This document shows, piece after piece, positions 27,239 to 42,166 of a stretch of DNA of 64,000 bases. The first letter of the stretch is position 1, and each line of letters begins with the position of its first letter. Source of the stretch: Actinomycetales bacterium (GTDB lineage Bacteria; Actinomycetota; Actinomycetes; S36-B12; UBA5976). Location: assembly GCA_018969715.1 (NCBI GenBank), contig JAGWXT010000009.1:4664-68663 (forward strand). The letters run 5' to 3'. The notes below the pieces were generated by a model. It did no database searches, had not been told where the DNA came from, and was given only the letters and a program-made list of their open reading frames with translations. The translations under genes and the position numbers were made by a program.

Positions 27239-28984
27239 GTGACCGACACCCTCCTCACCGAACCGGCCGTCGCGGCCGGCTCGCCGCCCCTGACCTCGCT
27301 GCTGCTGCCCGAACTGCGGGAGATCGCCTCCGGACTGGGCGTGCGCGGTGTGACCGGCATGCGCAAGGGCGACCTGATCGCCGCCATCGCCGCCCGCCGC
27401 GCTGAGACCCCCGCATCGGTTCCGGCGCGATCCGACCGGGCCGATGGGTCCGACCGGGCCGATGGCGCGGTGGCGCTGGGCGGCAGTGCAGCCGTCAACG
27501 GTGCCGCCGGCGAGCCCGCCGACGAGCCCGCCGGCGAGCCCGCCGACGACCAGCCGGCGCCCCGGGCCCCGGTCCGGCGCACCGGCCGCACCGCGGCACC
27601 GGCGGTGGAGCCCGCTGAGTCCGAGGCACCCGTCGACGCCCCCGACTCCGCTGCCGGGGCGGAGGCGGATGGTGACCGGGGTCGCGGTGAGAACAGCGAT
27701 TCGCAGGCCGCCGGGCAACCCGGCACAGGTCGCGGACGCCGTCGGGGCCGCGACCGCGGCCGCGACCGCGAGCGCAGTGGGGACCGTGAGCGCAGTGGGG
27801 ACCGTGAGCGTCGCCGTGAGGACGGCGACGCCGAGGGCGGTGACGAGGAGTCCCTCGCCCCCGTCGCGGGCATCATCGACACACTCGAGAACTACGCCTT
27901 CGTGCGCACCTCGGGCTACCTGCCTGGGCCGCATGACGTCTACGTCTCCCTCACCCTCGTGCGCCGATACGGGCTGCGCAAGGGGGATGCGATCACCGGC
28001 ATGTTCCGGCTGGCCCGGGAGGGGCAGAAGTTCAACCCGCTGGCCCGGATCGACACCATCAACGGCGCCACCCCCGATCAGGCGCGCAACCGCGTGGAGT
28101 TCGGCAAGCTGACCCCGCTGTACCCGCAGGACCGGCTGCGGCTGGAGACCGAGGGCGGCAATCTCACCACCCGCGTGATCGACCTGGTCGCCCCGATCGG
28201 CAAGGGCCAGCGAGGCCTGATCGTGTCACCACCGAAGGCCGGTAAGACGATGGTGCTGCAGGCGATCGCCAATGCCATCACCACGAACAATCCGGAGGTC
28301 CACCTGATGGTGGTGCTCGTTGACGAGCGCCCCGAGGAGGTGACCGATATGCAGCGCTCCGTCCAGGGCGAGGTGATCGCCTCCACCTTCGACCGGCCCG
28401 CCGAGGATCACACCACCGTCGCCGAGCTCGCCATCGAGCGAGCGAAGCGGCTGGTGGAACTCGGCCACGATGTCGTGGTCCTGCTGGACTCCATGACCCG
28501 ACTGGGCCGGGCCTACAACCTCGCCGCACCGGCGAGTGGCCGCATCCTCTCCGGCGGTGTCGACTCCGCTGCGCTCTACCCGCCGAAGCGATTCTTCGGC
28601 GCCGCGCGCAATATCGAGGAGGGTGGCTCGCTGACCATCATCGCCACCGCACTGGTCGAGACCGGCTCGCGCATGGACGAGGTCATCTTCGAGGAGTTCA
28701 AGGGCACCGGGAACATGGAGCTCAAGCTCGATCGTCGTCTCGCCGATCGCCGCATCTTCCCGGCGGTCGACATCGACGCCTCGGGCACCCGCAAGGAGGA
28801 GATCCTGCTCTCCCCCGATGAGCTCAAGACGGTCTGGAAGCTGCGCCGGGTGCTGCACGCCCTGGAGCCCCAGCAGGCCATCGAACTGCTGCTGTCGAAG
28901 CTGCGCGAGCACCGCAGCAACCTCGAGTTCCTCTTCACCGTCAACAAGACCACCCCCGGTGCCGCCGGGGACCCCGACGACTGA
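27239..28984 (+). CDS. rho: Transcription termination factor Rho with long low-complexity N-terminal insertion
   Basis: [45 protein letters not shown]. Confidence 0.98.
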   Translation: MTDTLLTEPAVAAGSPPLTSLLLPELREIASGLGVRGVTGMRKGDLIAAIAARRAETPASVPARSDRADGSDRADGAVALGGSAAVNGAAGEPADEPAGEPADDQPAPRAPVRRTGRTAAPAVEPAESEAPVDAPDSAAGAEADGDRGRGENSDSQAAGQPGTGRGRRRGRDRGRDRERSGDRERSGDRERRREDGDAEGGDEESLAPVAGIIDTLENYAFVRTSGYLPGPHDVYVSLTLVRRYGLRKGDAITGMFRLAREGQKFNPLARIDTINGATPDQARNRVEFGKLTPLYPQDRLRLETEGGNLTTRVIDLVAPIGKGQRGLIVSPPKAGKTMVLQAIANAITTNNPEVHLMVVLVDERPEEVTDMQRSVQGEVIASTFDRPAEDHTTVAELAIERAKRLVELGHDVVVLLDSMTRLGRAYNLAAPASGRILSGGVDSAALYPPKRFFGAARNIEEGGSLTIIATALVETGSRMDEVIFEEFKGTGNMELKLDRRLADRRIFPAVDIDASGTRKEEILLSPDELKTVWKLRRVLHALEPQQAIELLLSKLREHRSNLEFLFTVNKTTPGAAGDPDD

Positions 28985-29070
28985 GTCGCACCTCGCGGGT
29001 GCACCGCACCTGCGGTCCACCTGCGTCGTGCACAGCCTTCCCGATGACCGACCTGCGACAGGAGCCAGCG

Positions 29071-29286
29071 ATGAAGCCCGATATCCACCCCGCCTACGCC
29101 GAGATCACCGTCGTGTGCACCTGCGGCAGTGAGTTCACCACCCGCAGTACCGCCACCGGTCGCATCAACGCCGATGTCTGCTCCCAGTGCCACCCCTTCT
29201 ACACCGGACGGCAGAAGATCCTCGACACCGGCGGCCGGGTGTCGAAGTTCGAGCGCCGCTACGGCAACCGGGGCGGGTCGAAGTAG
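29071..29286 (+). CDS. rpmE: 50S ribosomal protein L31, Zn-binding type
   Basis: [20 protein letters not shown]. Confidence 0.97.
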   Translation: MKPDIHPAYAEITVVCTCGSEFTTRSTATGRINADVCSQCHPFYTGRQKILDTGGRVSKFERRYGNRGGSK

Positions 29287-29288
29287 CG

Positions 29289-30356
29289 CTGTTCGACGCC
29301 TGCCCGGGCCTGGCCGAGGAACTCGACGCGCTCGAGGAACGGCTGGCCGACCCCGCCCTCCACGCCGACGCCGCGGCCGCCCGCGCGGCGGGGCGGCGGC
29401 ATGCCCAGCTGCGTCCCATCGTCACCGCATGGCGGGCCTACACGGCGCTGGCCGCCGACATCGATGCCGCGCGCGAACTCGCCCAGGAGGACCCCTCCTT
29501 CCTCGTCGAGGTGGCCGACCTCACCGCCGAGCGCGATGAGGTCGGGCAGCGGCTTGCCGACCTGCTCATCGCCCGCGATCCACTCGATGACTCCGATGCC
29601 ATCCTCGAGATCAAGGCGGGGGAGGGCGGGCAGGAGTCCGCCCTGTTCGCCGCCGACCTGCTGCGCATGTACCTGCGCTACGCCGAGCGTGAGGGGTGGC
29701 AGACCGAGATCCTCGCCGCTGAGGAGTCCGACCTCGGCGGCTACCGCGATGTCACCGTCTCGGTGCGCACCCGCGGCCTTGTCCAGCCCGGGCAGGCGCC
29801 GTACGCCCGGCTGCGCTTCGAAGGGGGAGTGCACCGGGTGCAGCGGGTGCCGGTGACCGAGTCGCAGGGGCGCATCCACACCTCGGCCGCCGGGGTGCTG
29901 GTCATGCCCGAGGCGGAGGAGGTCGACGTCGTGGTGAACCCCGAGGACCTGCGGGTGGACGTCTACCGCTCCTCCGGCCCGGGTGGCCAGAGCGTGAACA
30001 CCACCGACTCCGCGGTGCGCATCACCCACCTGCCCACCGGCATCGTCGTCTCCTGCCAGAACGAAAAGAGCCAGCTGCAGAACCGCGAGCAGGCGTTGCG
30101 GATCCTCCGGGCGCGCCTGCTCGCCCTTGCCACCGAGCAGCGTGCAGCCGAGGATTCCGCCGCCCGGCGCTCCCAGGTGCGCACGGTGGACCGCAGCGAG
30201 CGCATCCGCACCTACAACTTCGGCGAGAACCGCATCAGTGACCACCGCACCGGGTACAAGGCGTACAACCTCGACCAGGTCCTCGACGGGGACCTCGGTC
30301 CGATCATCACCTCCTGCGTCGACGCCGACCGCGCCGAGCGCGCCGGCCGGTCATGA
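29289..30356 (+). CDS. prfA: Peptide chain release factor 1, probable CTG start
   Basis: [36 protein letters not shown] (GGQ), RTYNF. Confidence 0.95.
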   Translation: MFDACPGLAEELDALEERLADPALHADAAAARAAGRRHAQLRPIVTAWRAYTALAADIDAARELAQEDPSFLVEVADLTAERDEVGQRLADLLIARDPLDDSDAILEIKAGEGGQESALFAADLLRMYLRYAEREGWQTEILAAEESDLGGYRDVTVSVRTRGLVQPGQAPYARLRFEGGVHRVQRVPVTESQGRIHTSAAGVLVMPEAEEVDVVVNPEDLRVDVYRSSGPGGQSVNTTDSAVRITHLPTGIVVSCQNEKSQLQNREQALRILRARLLALATEQRAAEDSAARRSQVRTVDRSERIRTYNFGENRISDHRTGYKAYNLDQVLDGDLGPIITSCVDADRAERAGRS

Positions 30357-31378
30357 CCACCGCCGGCCGCCGGATCCGTGAGGTCCTGGTGGACGCCGAA
30401 CGCCGGCTGCGCACGGCGGGGGTTCCCTCCCCCCGCGCGGACGCAGAACTCCTCCTCGCACATGTGCTGCAGGTCCCCCGCACCCGCCTGCTGCTGCTGC
30501 CGGAGTGCGACCGGGCAGCCGAGCGTCGGCTGGAGGCGCTGCTCATCCGCCGCCTCAGCCGCGAGCCGCTGCAGCACATCGTCGGCTGGGCCGGGTTCCG
30601 CGACTGCGTACTGGCGGTCGGGCCGGGAGTGTTCGTGCCGCGACCCGAGACCGAGATCCTCGTGGACGTCACCCGCTATCGGCTCACCGGTGATGGCATC
30701 ACCGCACCGCTGATCGTCGACGCCGGCACCGGCTCCGGTGCGATCGCCCTCGCCCTCGCCCTGGAGATCCCCGGGGCACAGGTGATGGCAGTGGATGTCA
30801 GCCAGCCGGCGCTGACGTGGGCGCAGCGCAATGTCGACGCCGCCGCCGAGCGGCTTGCAGCGGTCGGCTCCACCGTCGAGGTGGGGCAGGTGGACGTGCT
30901 CGCGCTCGGCCAGTGGGCGGCCGGCCCCGGCCCAGGGGAGGCCGCCGGCCCCGCCGATGGCCCCGGCCCAGGGGAGGCCGCCGGGTTGCTATCGCACCTT
31001 GCCGGCCGGGTCGATGCCCTCGTTGCCAACCCGCCGTATATCCCCGACGATGCGGTGCCCCGCGATCCGGAGGTCGCCCTGCACGATCCGCCGCTGGCCC
31101 TCTACGGCGGGCCCGACGGGCTGGTTATCGTGCGTGCCCTCATCTCCTGTGCCGGCTGGCTGCTGCGTCCGGGTGGTTGGGTGGTCGTCGAGCACTCCGA
31201 GCAGCAGGGCATCGCCGGCGAACCGGGCGTGCCCGGGCTGCTCACCGCCGATGGCCGCTTCACCGATGTACTCGACACCGAGGACCTGACCGGACGGCCG
31301 CGGGTGACCAGCGCCCGCTGGACGGGCCCGCGCCCCCCCGGGGCTCGGGTTACGGGCTCACTGGCCCGGCCCACCTGA
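30353..31378 (+). CDS. prmC: Release factor glutamine methyltransferase
   Basis: [29 protein letters not shown]. Confidence 0.95.
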   Translation: MTTAGRRIREVLVDAERRLRTAGVPSPRADAELLLAHVLQVPRTRLLLLPECDRAAERRLEALLIRRLSREPLQHIVGWAGFRDCVLAVGPGVFVPRPETEILVDVTRYRLTGDGITAPLIVDAGTGSGAIALALALEIPGAQVMAVDVSQPALTWAQRNVDAAAERLAAVGSTVEVGQVDVLALGQWAAGPGPGEAAGPADGPGPGEAAGLLSHLAGRVDALVANPPYIPDDAVPRDPEVALHDPPLALYGGPDGLVIVRALISCAGWLLRPGGWVVVEHSEQQGIAGEPGVPGLLTADGRFTDVLDTEDLTGRPRVTSARWTGPRPPGARVTGSLARPT

Positions 31379-31382
31379 CGGC

Positions 31383-32036
31383 ATGGCTGACCCGCTCATC
31401 ATCCCCACCGCCACCCGTGCTGACCGGGAGCGCGGCCTGCGCAGTGCGACGGCTGCCGCCCGCCGCGGTGAGCTCATCGTGCTGCCCACCGACACCGTCT
31501 ACGGGGTGGGTGCTGATGCCTTCTCCGCGGCGGGGGTGGCGCGGCTGCAGCGCGCCAAGGGTCGCGGCCCGGGGCTGCCGCTGGCCGTGCTGATCGGCTC
31601 CGCGGCCGTGCTGCCGGGGTTGGCGCGCAGTGAGGTGATGCCCGCGTGGACGGCCGACCTGGTGGCCGCCTTCTGGCCGGGCGCCCTGACCGTCATCGTC
31701 CCCGTCCAGCCCAGCCTGACCTGGGATCTGGGGCAGTCCGATGGCACGGTTGCCCTGCGGATGCCACTGCACTCGGTGGCCCTTGACCTGCTCGGACGGG
31801 TCGGGCCGATGGCGGTCTCCAGTGCCAACCGCGGCGGCACCCCACCGACGACCTGCACGGCCGCCCGCGAGCAGTTGGGGGAGGGGATTCGCGTCTACCT
31901 CGACGCCGGTCAGACGCCCGGGCCGGTGCCGAGCACGGTTGTCGACCTGACGAGCACTCCCGCGCGGATCGTTCGGCAGGGGGCGATTGCCGTCGCTGAC
32001 CTGTGCGCAGTGGCCCCGGCACTGGCACCGCAGTGA
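31383..32036 (+). CDS. tsaC: L-threonylcarbamoyladenylate synthase (TsaC/Sua5 family)
   Basis: LPTDTVYG, AKGR, WPGALT, SSANR, STVVD. Confidence 0.92.
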   Translation: MADPLIIPTATRADRERGLRSATAAARRGELIVLPTDTVYGVGADAFSAAGVARLQRAKGRGPGLPLAVLIGSAAVLPGLARSEVMPAWTADLVAAFWPGALTVIVPVQPSLTWDLGQSDGTVALRMPLHSVALDLLGRVGPMAVSSANRGGTPPTTCTAAREQLGEGIRVYLDAGQTPGPVPSTVVDLTSTPARIVRQGAIAVADLCAVAPALAPQ

Positions 32037-32084
32037 GCGCGCCACCCCGGCGCTGGCACCGCAGTGAGCGCGCCACCCCGGCGC
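32014..32084. repeat. 31-bp tandem repeat spanning the tsaC stop codon
   Basis: ccccggc(a/g)ctggcaccgcagtgagcgcgcca at 32014-32044 and 32045-32075, plus a partial third copy. Confidence 0.95.
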
Positions 32085-32127
32085 CGGCCGACCCCCGAAT
32101 GGCTGCAACCTCGGTAGTGTGAGGAGT

Positions 32128-33405
32128 ATGCGTGGTGAGCGGCTGGCGGCACCGTTCTGGGGTCCGGACTTCACCGACCTTGCGGCCCTGGACCCGGAGA
32201 TCGCCGACGTCATCGTCGATGAGCTCCAGCGGCAGCGCAGTGGCCTGCAGCTGATCGCCAGTGAGAACTTCACCTCCCCCGCCGTGCTGGCAGCCCTCGG
32301 CAGCACGCTGAGCAACAAGTACGCCGAGGGGTACCCGGGGCGGCGCTACTACGGCGGCTGCGAGGTGGTCGACCGCGCGGAGGTGATCGGCATCGACCGC
32401 GCCCGCCAACTGTTCGGCGCCGACCATGCCAACCTGCAGCCGCATTCGGGGGCCAGCGCCAACCTCGCTGTCTACGGCGCCTTCACCAAGCCCGGCGACA
32501 CCGTGCTGGCGATGAGCCTGGCCCAGGGCGGTCACCTCACCCATGGCTCCCACGTGTCGTTCTCCGGCATGTGGTTTTCGCCCGTGCACTACGGGGTCGA
32601 TCCGGTCACCGAGCGCATCGACTACGACCAGGTCCGCGACCTCGCCCGCACCCACCGACCGCGCATGATCGTCGCCGGTGCCACCGCTTATCCGCGGCTG
32701 ATCGACTTCGCAGCCTTCCGCAGCATCGCCGATGAGGTGGGTGCGGTGCTGTGGGTGGACGCCGCGCACTTCATCGGCCTGGTCGCCGGGGGGGCGATCC
32801 CCAGCCCAGTACCCCACGCCGACGTCGTTTCCTTCACCACCCACAAGGTGCTGCGCGGACCCCGCGGCGGCATGCTGTTGTGCCGGGCCGAGCACGCCAA
32901 GGCCATCGACAAGGCCGTCTTCCCGATGATGCAGGGCGGCCCACTGATGCATGCGGTTGCCGCGAAGGCGGTGGCCCTGCACGAGGCTGCCACGCCGGCC
33001 TTCGGCGCCTACGCCGCTGGCGTGGTGCGCAATGCTGCGGCACTCGCGTCCTCGCTCACCAGCCACGGCATGCGCTGCGTCTCCGGCGGCACCGACACCC
33101 ACCTGGTGCTGGTGGACCTCACCCCCGTCGGCGTCACCGGCAAGCAGGCCGAGCAGCGCTGCGACGCCGCGCGGATCACCTTGAACAAGAACCCCATCCC
33201 CAATGATCCGCTGCCGCCGATGACCGCGTCGGGAATCCGGGTCGGGTCCGCGGCCGTCACCACGCAGGGCATGGGTGAGCCAGAGATGGCGATGATCGGC
33301 GGGCTGATCGATCGGGCCGTCCGGTCCGAGGGTGCCGACCTGGTGACGGTGGCTGATGAGGTGGCCACCCTGGTGCGCGCCTTCCCCGCCTACCCCGGCG
33401 GCTGA
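32128..33405 (+). CDS. glyA: Serine hydroxymethyltransferase
   Basis: [43 protein letters not shown]. Confidence 0.97.
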   Translation: MRGERLAAPFWGPDFTDLAALDPEIADVIVDELQRQRSGLQLIASENFTSPAVLAALGSTLSNKYAEGYPGRRYYGGCEVVDRAEVIGIDRARQLFGADHANLQPHSGASANLAVYGAFTKPGDTVLAMSLAQGGHLTHGSHVSFSGMWFSPVHYGVDPVTERIDYDQVRDLARTHRPRMIVAGATAYPRLIDFAAFRSIADEVGAVLWVDAAHFIGLVAGGAIPSPVPHADVVSFTTHKVLRGPRGGMLLCRAEHAKAIDKAVFPMMQGGPLMHAVAAKAVALHEAATPAFGAYAAGVVRNAAALASSLTSHGMRCVSGGTDTHLVLVDLTPVGVTGKQAEQRCDAARITLNKNPIPNDPLPPMTASGIRVGSAAVTTQGMGEPEMAMIGGLIDRAVRSEGADLVTVADEVATLVRAFPAYPGG

Positions 33406-33419
33406 TCGGCGCGCCGGCC

Positions 33420-34541
33420 GTGCGCGAGTACGCCCTCGTCATCCTCTCCGTCGCCCTGCTGACCTACCTCACCACGCCGCTCGCGCGGGCGTGTGCGGTG
33501 CGCATCGGTGCGGTCGCCGAGGTGCGGGAACGGGACGTCCACAGTGCACCGACCCCGCGCCTGGGCGGTCTGGCGATGTACGCCGGCCTGCTCGCCGGGC
33601 TGCTCATCGCCAGTGCGCTGCCGATGATGAGTTCCGTGTTCGAGGGGGGCCGGCAGGCGCTCGCCCTCGCGGCCGCCGGCGGGATCCTCGTCGTCCTCGG
33701 CGTATTGGACGACACCTACGGCCTGGATGCCCCCACCAAGCTCGCCGGCCAGGCGGTCGCGGCGACGGTGCTGGCGCTGATGGGGGTGGGGCTGATCTGG
33801 GTTCCCGTGGGGGAGGGGGTGTTCCTGCTCGACCCGCTCACCAGCGTCGTGCTCACCGTCCTGATCGTGCTGGTGACCGTCAATGCGGTGAACTTCGTCG
33901 ACGGCCTCGATGGCCTCGCAGCGGGCATCGTCGGGATCGGGGCGCTTGCCTTCTTCGGCTACTGCTACGTGCTGTCCGTGGAGTACGGGCTGGAGCGGGC
34001 GACCCTGCCGACGCTGATCAGCGCGCTGGTCGTCGGGATGACTGCCGGATTCCTGCCGGCGAACCTGCACCCCGCGCGACTGTTCATGGGCGATACCGGC
34101 TCCATGCTGCTCGGGCTGCTGCTGGCGGCCAGCACCATCTCCCTCACCGGCCAGATCGACCCCACCGTCGTGCCCACCACCTCGGCATTCGCGGCCTTCC
34201 TGCCGGTGCTGCTGCCGCTGGCGGTGATCGCCTTGCCGTTGGCTGACATGGTGCTGGCGATCCTGCGGCGCGCTCGTCGACGTCGGCTGCCGTGGACCCC
34301 CGACCGGGAGCACCTGCACCACCAGCTGCTGCGGCGTGGCCACTCCCAGCGACGGGTGGTGCTGCTCATGTACGCCCTCACCGCGGTGATCGCCTTCACC
34401 GCGGTGGCCACCGCCCTCGTGCCCTGGCCCTGGGCGATCACCGGCGGGGCGGCAGGTCTGGCGGGGGTGGCCCTCGCCGTGCGCAGCCGGACCGTTCGGC
34501 GCCCCCTCTCCGAGCCCCGGACGGTGGCCCATGGCCGGTGA
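33420..34541 (+). CDS. wecA: Undecaprenyl-phosphate GlcNAc-1-phosphate transferase (WecA/TagO/Rfe)
   Basis: PRLGG, GVLDD, NAVNFVDGLDGLA, FMGDTGS, DREHLHH. Confidence 0.92.
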   Translation: MREYALVILSVALLTYLTTPLARACAVRIGAVAEVRERDVHSAPTPRLGGLAMYAGLLAGLLIASALPMMSSVFEGGRQALALAAAGGILVVLGVLDDTYGLDAPTKLAGQAVAATVLALMGVGLIWVPVGEGVFLLDPLTSVVLTVLIVLVTVNAVNFVDGLDGLAAGIVGIGALAFFGYCYVLSVEYGLERATLPTLISALVVGMTAGFLPANLHPARLFMGDTGSMLLGLLLAASTISLTGQIDPTVVPTTSAFAAFLPVLLPLAVIALPLADMVLAILRRARRRRLPWTPDREHLHHQLLRRGHSQRRVVLLMYALTAVIAFTAVATALVPWPWAITGGAAGLAGVALAVRSRTVRRPLSEPRTVAHGR

Positions 34542-34965
34542 CCCGCTGCGGCTGGCCGCAGTCCTCGGCATCGGCGGTGGCATCGTCGTGGCTGTCCTCG
34601 CCGGCGCACTCGGCTGGCTCATCGCGGGCGGCGCCGTCGGGGTCTCCATCGGCGTGGGCTGCGCCCTGGCGGTCGCCTTCTTCGGGGTGACCTCCATTGC
34701 CGCCTTGCTCACCCGCCGCCTCGGCGCGCAGGTGCTCGCGGCGGTCGTCCTCGGGGGATGGCTGCTCAAGCTGCTCGCGCTGATCGTGATCCTTGGGGTG
34801 ATCGTCGACCTCACCGGACTGCAGCGCATTCCCTTCGCCCTCGCGCTCGTCCTCACCACCGTCGTGTACCTCATGATGCAGGCAGTCGTCGTGCTGCGCG
34901 TCCGGCAGCCCTACGTGGTCCCGTCCGAGGACAGCACCAGGCCCGGACGGGTCATCCGGGAATGA
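34531..34965 (+). CDS. ATP synthase protein I-like membrane protein
   Basis: Four hydrophobic segments; conserved position upstream of atpB. Confidence 0.6.
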   Translation: MAGDPLRLAAVLGIGGGIVVAVLAGALGWLIAGGAVGVSIGVGCALAVAFFGVTSIAALLTRRLGAQVLAAVVLGGWLLKLLALIVILGVIVDLTGLQRIPFALALVLTTVVYLMMQAVVVLRVRQPYVVPSEDSTRPGRVIRE

Positions 34966-35125
34966 CCCTGCGGAGACGCCCCGCGGATGCGCCGGCTGTT
35001 TTTGCGTGAATGGTGTGCGGCCCTTGCGTGAACGTTGCGCGGATCTGCCATGAACGGCCGAGGACGAGTGTCCGCGGCGATGCCCCGGCTGCCTGTCAGC
35101 CTGCCGATTCGCTAGGCTCCCGTTG

Positions 35126-35431
35126 ATGAAGGCATCCGGGGTGGGACCCCAGCAGACGATCTCCCCATGGTCGGTGGGAGCGCATGCATCCGGCGACGCG
35201 ATGGCGTGGTCGGTTGTCGCAACCCTGCTTGCCGGGCCACTGGTGTGGGGGTCCATCGGGTGGGGCGCGGATTGGCTGCTCGGCACGCCCCGCGTGTTCA
35301 CCGTGATCGGCATCCTGCTCGGTGCGGTGCTCGCGATGTACATCGTGTGGGTCCGATACGGGCGCACCCCATCCGCCATTGCGACCGCCCCGAAGCCGGC
35401 GGTCGCGGCCGATGTCGCAGGTGACCGGTGA
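35126..35431 (+). CDS. atpI: AtpZ/AtpI-family small membrane protein
   Basis: LLAGPLVWGSIGWGADWLLGT..VIGILLG; TAGGCT-N7-ATG; stop overlaps atpB start. Confidence 0.75.
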   Translation: MKASGVGPQQTISPWSVGAHASGDAMAWSVVATLLAGPLVWGSIGWGADWLLGTPRVFTVIGILLGAVLAMYIVWVRYGRTPSAIATAPKPAVAADVAGDR

Positions 35432-36240
35432 TCGCGACGCTCAGCTGGCTGCTGCCCGCGGCGACCAGCGAGGACGGCGGCTTCACACCGCCAACGGTTG
35501 GGGAGTTCTTCCCGGGGGCGCTGTTCTTCGCGAACACCCCCTTCGCGATCACTCGCATCAACCTCATCATGATGCTGATGGCGGGGCTGCTGTGCCTGTT
35601 CATGGTGGTCGCGTTCCGTAAGCCCGCATTGGTGCCGCGGGGAATCCAGAACCTCGGCGAGATGATGGTGGACTTCGTCTACAAGAGCATCGTCGAGGAG
35701 ATCCTGGGCGCGAACGGCAAGCGCTTCGCGGGCTTCCTGGTGGGGCTGTTCTTCTTCATATTCTTCTTCAACATCGCCGGCATCCTGCCCCTGATCCATA
35801 TTTCGCCATCGAGTGTGATCGCGGTGCCGATGGTGATGGCCGTCGCCGTCTGGGTGGTCTTCAACTACGTCGGCATTCGCAAGCACGGTCTTGGCCACTA
35901 CATCGCCATGAATGTGTTTCCGCCCGGTGTGCCCAAGCCCATCTACCTGTTCATCACCCCGATTGAGTTCATCTCGACCTTCCTGCTGCGGCCGATCACC
36001 CTCACCATCCGTCTGCTGGCGAACATGATGAGCGGTCACCTGCTGCTCGTCCTGTTCTTCAGCGCAACGTGGTTCTTCCTGCTTGAGTCCGATGGCCTGC
36101 TCAAGATCTTTGCGGTGCCGAGTTTCCTGATGGGGTTCGCCTTCACCCTCTTCGAGATCCTGGTATCACTGTTGCAGGCCTACATCTTCGCCCTCCTCGC
36201 CGCCGTGTACATTCAGGGATCACTCAGTGAGGAGCATTGA
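35428..36240 (+). CDS. atpB: F0F1 ATP synthase subunit a
   Basis: PRGIQN, PIEFIS, IRLLANM (essential Arg), LQAYIF. Confidence 0.97.
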   Translation: MIATLSWLLPAATSEDGGFTPPTVGEFFPGALFFANTPFAITRINLIMMLMAGLLCLFMVVAFRKPALVPRGIQNLGEMMVDFVYKSIVEEILGANGKRFAGFLVGLFFFIFFFNIAGILPLIHISPSSVIAVPMVMAVAVWVVFNYVGIRKHGLGHYIAMNVFPPGVPKPIYLFITPIEFISTFLLRPITLTIRLLANMMSGHLLLVLFFSATWFFLLESDGLLKIFAVPSFLMGFAFTLFEILVSLLQAYIFALLAAVYIQGSLSEEH

Positions 36241-36388
36241 TCCACGCCAAACTGGGCTGAGCACTGCCTCACACCGGCGCCTGATCAGTGCGGCAAGGTG
36301 ATCCGGGGCGAAACCCGAACGAAGTCCAGCACCTGCACTGCCGCACACCCGTAAGCGCATGACACCACTACCTGACACCGCCACCTGA

Positions 36389-37208
<820 letters not shown>

Positions 37209-37209
<1 letters not shown>

Positions 37210-38012
37210 TGCTGGGGGCGAGCCGGGCGTCGCGGGCGGCCCTGCTGGATCGCATTCGCGAGCAGCAGGGCGCTGGCGGGATCGCCGTAGCCGAAGGGCT
37301 ACTCGTCGCCGCTGATGCCTGCGGGTCCTCGGCCGCACTGGCCACCGCTCTCACCGATGCGGGATTGGAGCCGGCGGTGCGCGCAGGTATCGCCACCGAC
37401 CTGCTGGGCCCTGCGGTCAACCCGGCTGCCCTGCCCACCCTGCAGTGGGCCGTTGCCCAACGGTGGAGCCGGGCCGGCGACCTCGTCCCGGCCCTCGAGG
37501 CCGCCGCGGCCACGCAGGCGTTCATCGTCGCCGAGGGTGAGGGGCGCATCACCGCCGTCGAGGACGGGATCTTCGCCTTCGAGCGGGCGGTCGCCGCCAA
37601 TGGCGACCTGCAGCTTGCGCTGAACGATCCTGCCCTCACCCCCGCGCAGCGGGTTGCCATCGCACGTGACCTGCTCACGCCGCGGTTCGACCCGATCGCC
37701 ACGATGCTCATCTGCCATGCGGTGGGGCACACCAGTGAGCGATTGGACTGGGTGCTCACCGAGCTGCTTGAGCTCGCAGCGCAGTCGCGTGGACGGGTGC
37801 TCGCCGAGGTGACCACGGCCCTGCCGCTGACCGATACCGAGCGCGAGCGGCTCGGTGCGGCCCTGATGCGTATCTATCGGCGGCCGGTGCAGATCCAGGC
37901 GATCATCGACCCGTCCGTTATCGGCGGGGTCCGGGTGAGTGTCGGTGATGAACTCATCGACGGCACCCTCGCCGCCCGGCGCGAGGCCCTCGCTCGGAGC
38001 CTCACCGGATGA
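37209..38012 (+). CDS. atpH: F0F1 ATP synthase subunit delta (long actinobacterial type)
   Basis: C-terminal [20 protein letters not shown]. Confidence 0.92.
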
Positions 38013-38103
38013 ACCAGACGCGCTGACCATGCCGTCCACACCGCCCGCGGTGCCGGACGCCCCCGCCAATCCAGCAACGACCGAGGGAAAGGGACCAGAC
38101 ACG

Positions 38104-39741
38104 ATGACCGACCTGCAGATCCGCCCGGCGGACATCCGCAGCGCCATCGACCGCAACGTGGCCCAGTTCTCCCCGACGACGACTCGCGAGGAAGTCGGCC
38201 GGGTCATCGAGACCGGGGACGGGATCGCGCGCGTCGCCGGCCTGCCGCGTGCCATGACCAGTGAGCTGCTGGAGTTCTCCGGCGGCCTGCTGGGGGTTGC
38301 CCTCAACCTCGACGTCCGCGAGATCGGTGTCGTGCTGCTCGGCGACGGAACGCGCATCGAGGAGGGGCAGCCAGTCCGGCGGACCGGCCGAGTGCTCTCG
38401 GTGCCGGTCGGCGATGCCTTCCTCGGCCGCACCGTCAACCCGATCGGCGAGCCGATCGACGGCCTCGGCGCGATCACTCCGGAGGCGGAGCGCGCCCTCG
38501 AGTTGCAGGCCCCCAACGTCGTCCAGCGGCAGCCGGTGCATGAGCCGCTGGCCTTCGGGGTCAAGGCCGTGGATGCGATGACGGCGGTCGGACGCGGTCA
38601 GCGCCAGCTCATCATCGGCGACCGCGGCACCGGCAAGACCTCCCTCGCCCTCGACGCGATCATCAACCAGCGTGACAACTGGGCCACCGGTGATCCGGCG
38701 CAGCAGGTGCGCTGCATCTACGTCGCGATCGGCCAGAAGGGGTCCACGGTTTCCTCGGTGCGCGCCGCCCTCGAGGAGGCCGGCGCGATGGCCTACACCA
38801 CCATCGTCGCGGCCACCGCTGCCGATCCCGCCGGCTTCAAGTTCATCGCCCCCTACACCGGGTCGGCCATCGGCCAGCACTGGATGTACTCGGGCAAGGC
38901 CGCCCTGATCGTCTTCGACGACCTCACCAAGCAGGCTGAGGCCTATCGCGCGGTGTCCCTGCTGCTGCGCCGTCCCCCGGGCCGGGAGGCGTACCCCGGT
39001 GACGTCTTCTACCTGCACAGTCGGCTACTCGAGCGCTGTGCCAAGCTCTCCGATGAGATGGGTGGGGGCTCCCTGACTGGTCTTCCGATCATCGAGACCA
39101 AGGCCAACGACGTCTCGGCCTATATCCCCACCAACGTCATCTCCATCACCGACGGCCAGATCTTCCTGGAGACCGACCTGTTCAACTCGGGCATCCGCCC
39201 GGCGATCAACGTCGGCATCTCCGTCTCCCGGGTCGGTGGTGCGGCCCAGCCGAAGGCCATGAAGAAGGTTGCCGGCCGACTGCGTCTGGACCTGGCCCAG
39301 TTCCGCGAGCTGGAGGCCTTTGCCGCCTTCGGCTCCGACCTCGACGCGGCGAGCAAGGCGCAGTTGGAGCGCGGTGCCCGGCTGGTGCAGTTGCTGATCC
39401 AGTCGCAGTTCGCCCCCCAGCCCATGCCCCGTGAGGTGGCGGCGATCTGGGCGGGCACCACCGGCCGGCTCGACGACGTCCCCGTTGAGGAGATCCGGCG
39501 GTTCGAGTCCGAGTGGTACGAGTTCATGCTGCGCGAGCGGGCGACGGTGCTCGAGACCATCGGCCAGACCAAGGACCTCTCCGAAGACAGCATCGCCGGG
39601 CTCACCGCCGGGATCGAGGACTTCAAGCGGATCTTCGTCACCAGTGACGGCAACCCCCTGCTCAGTGACGAGTCGGTCCTGGCACCGCTGGCGGCCTCCG
39701 AGATCGAGCAGGCGACCCTCACCGTCCAGAAGCGGGCGTAG
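38104..39741 (+). CDS. atpA: F0F1 ATP synthase subunit alpha
   Basis: [36 protein letters not shown]; start ATG 38104 (MTDLQIRP). Confidence 0.98.
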   Translation: MTDLQIRPADIRSAIDRNVAQFSPTTTREEVGRVIETGDGIARVAGLPRAMTSELLEFSGGLLGVALNLDVREIGVVLLGDGTRIEEGQPVRRTGRVLSVPVGDAFLGRTVNPIGEPIDGLGAITPEAERALELQAPNVVQRQPVHEPLAFGVKAVDAMTAVGRGQRQLIIGDRGTGKTSLALDAIINQRDNWATGDPAQQVRCIYVAIGQKGSTVSSVRAALEEAGAMAYTTIVAATAADPAGFKFIAPYTGSAIGQHWMYSGKAALIVFDDLTKQAEAYRAVSLLLRRPPGREAYPGDVFYLHSRLLERCAKLSDEMGGGSLTGLPIIETKANDVSAYIPTNVISITDGQIFLETDLFNSGIRPAINVGISVSRVGGAAQPKAMKKVAGRLRLDLAQFRELEAFAAFGSDLDAASKAQLERGARLVQLLIQSQFAPQPMPREVAAIWAGTTGRLDDVPVEEIRRFESEWYEFMLRERATVLETIGQTKDLSEDSIAGLTAGIEDFKRIFVTSDGNPLLSDESVLAPLAASEIEQATLTVQKRA

Positions 39742-39752
39742 GCAGCGGCAGC

Positions 39753-42163
<2,411 letters not shown>

Positions 42164-42166
42164 GCG

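Noticed and set aside
27400-27850. Rho N-terminal low-complexity insertion as a novelty
   Set aside because: Such insertions are well known in actinobacterial Rho; counted only as part of the duplication pattern.
36281-36317. Hammerhead ribozyme-like CTGATCA...CGAAA in the atpB-atpE spacer
   Set aside because: Core reads CUGAUCA rather than CUGANGA, and stems II and III cannot be formed in the required register.
37939-38103. N-terminal extension of AtpA from GTG 37939
   Set aside because: Overlaps atpH; family alignment starts at MTDLQIRP (ATG 38104), which has a purine-rich upstream region.
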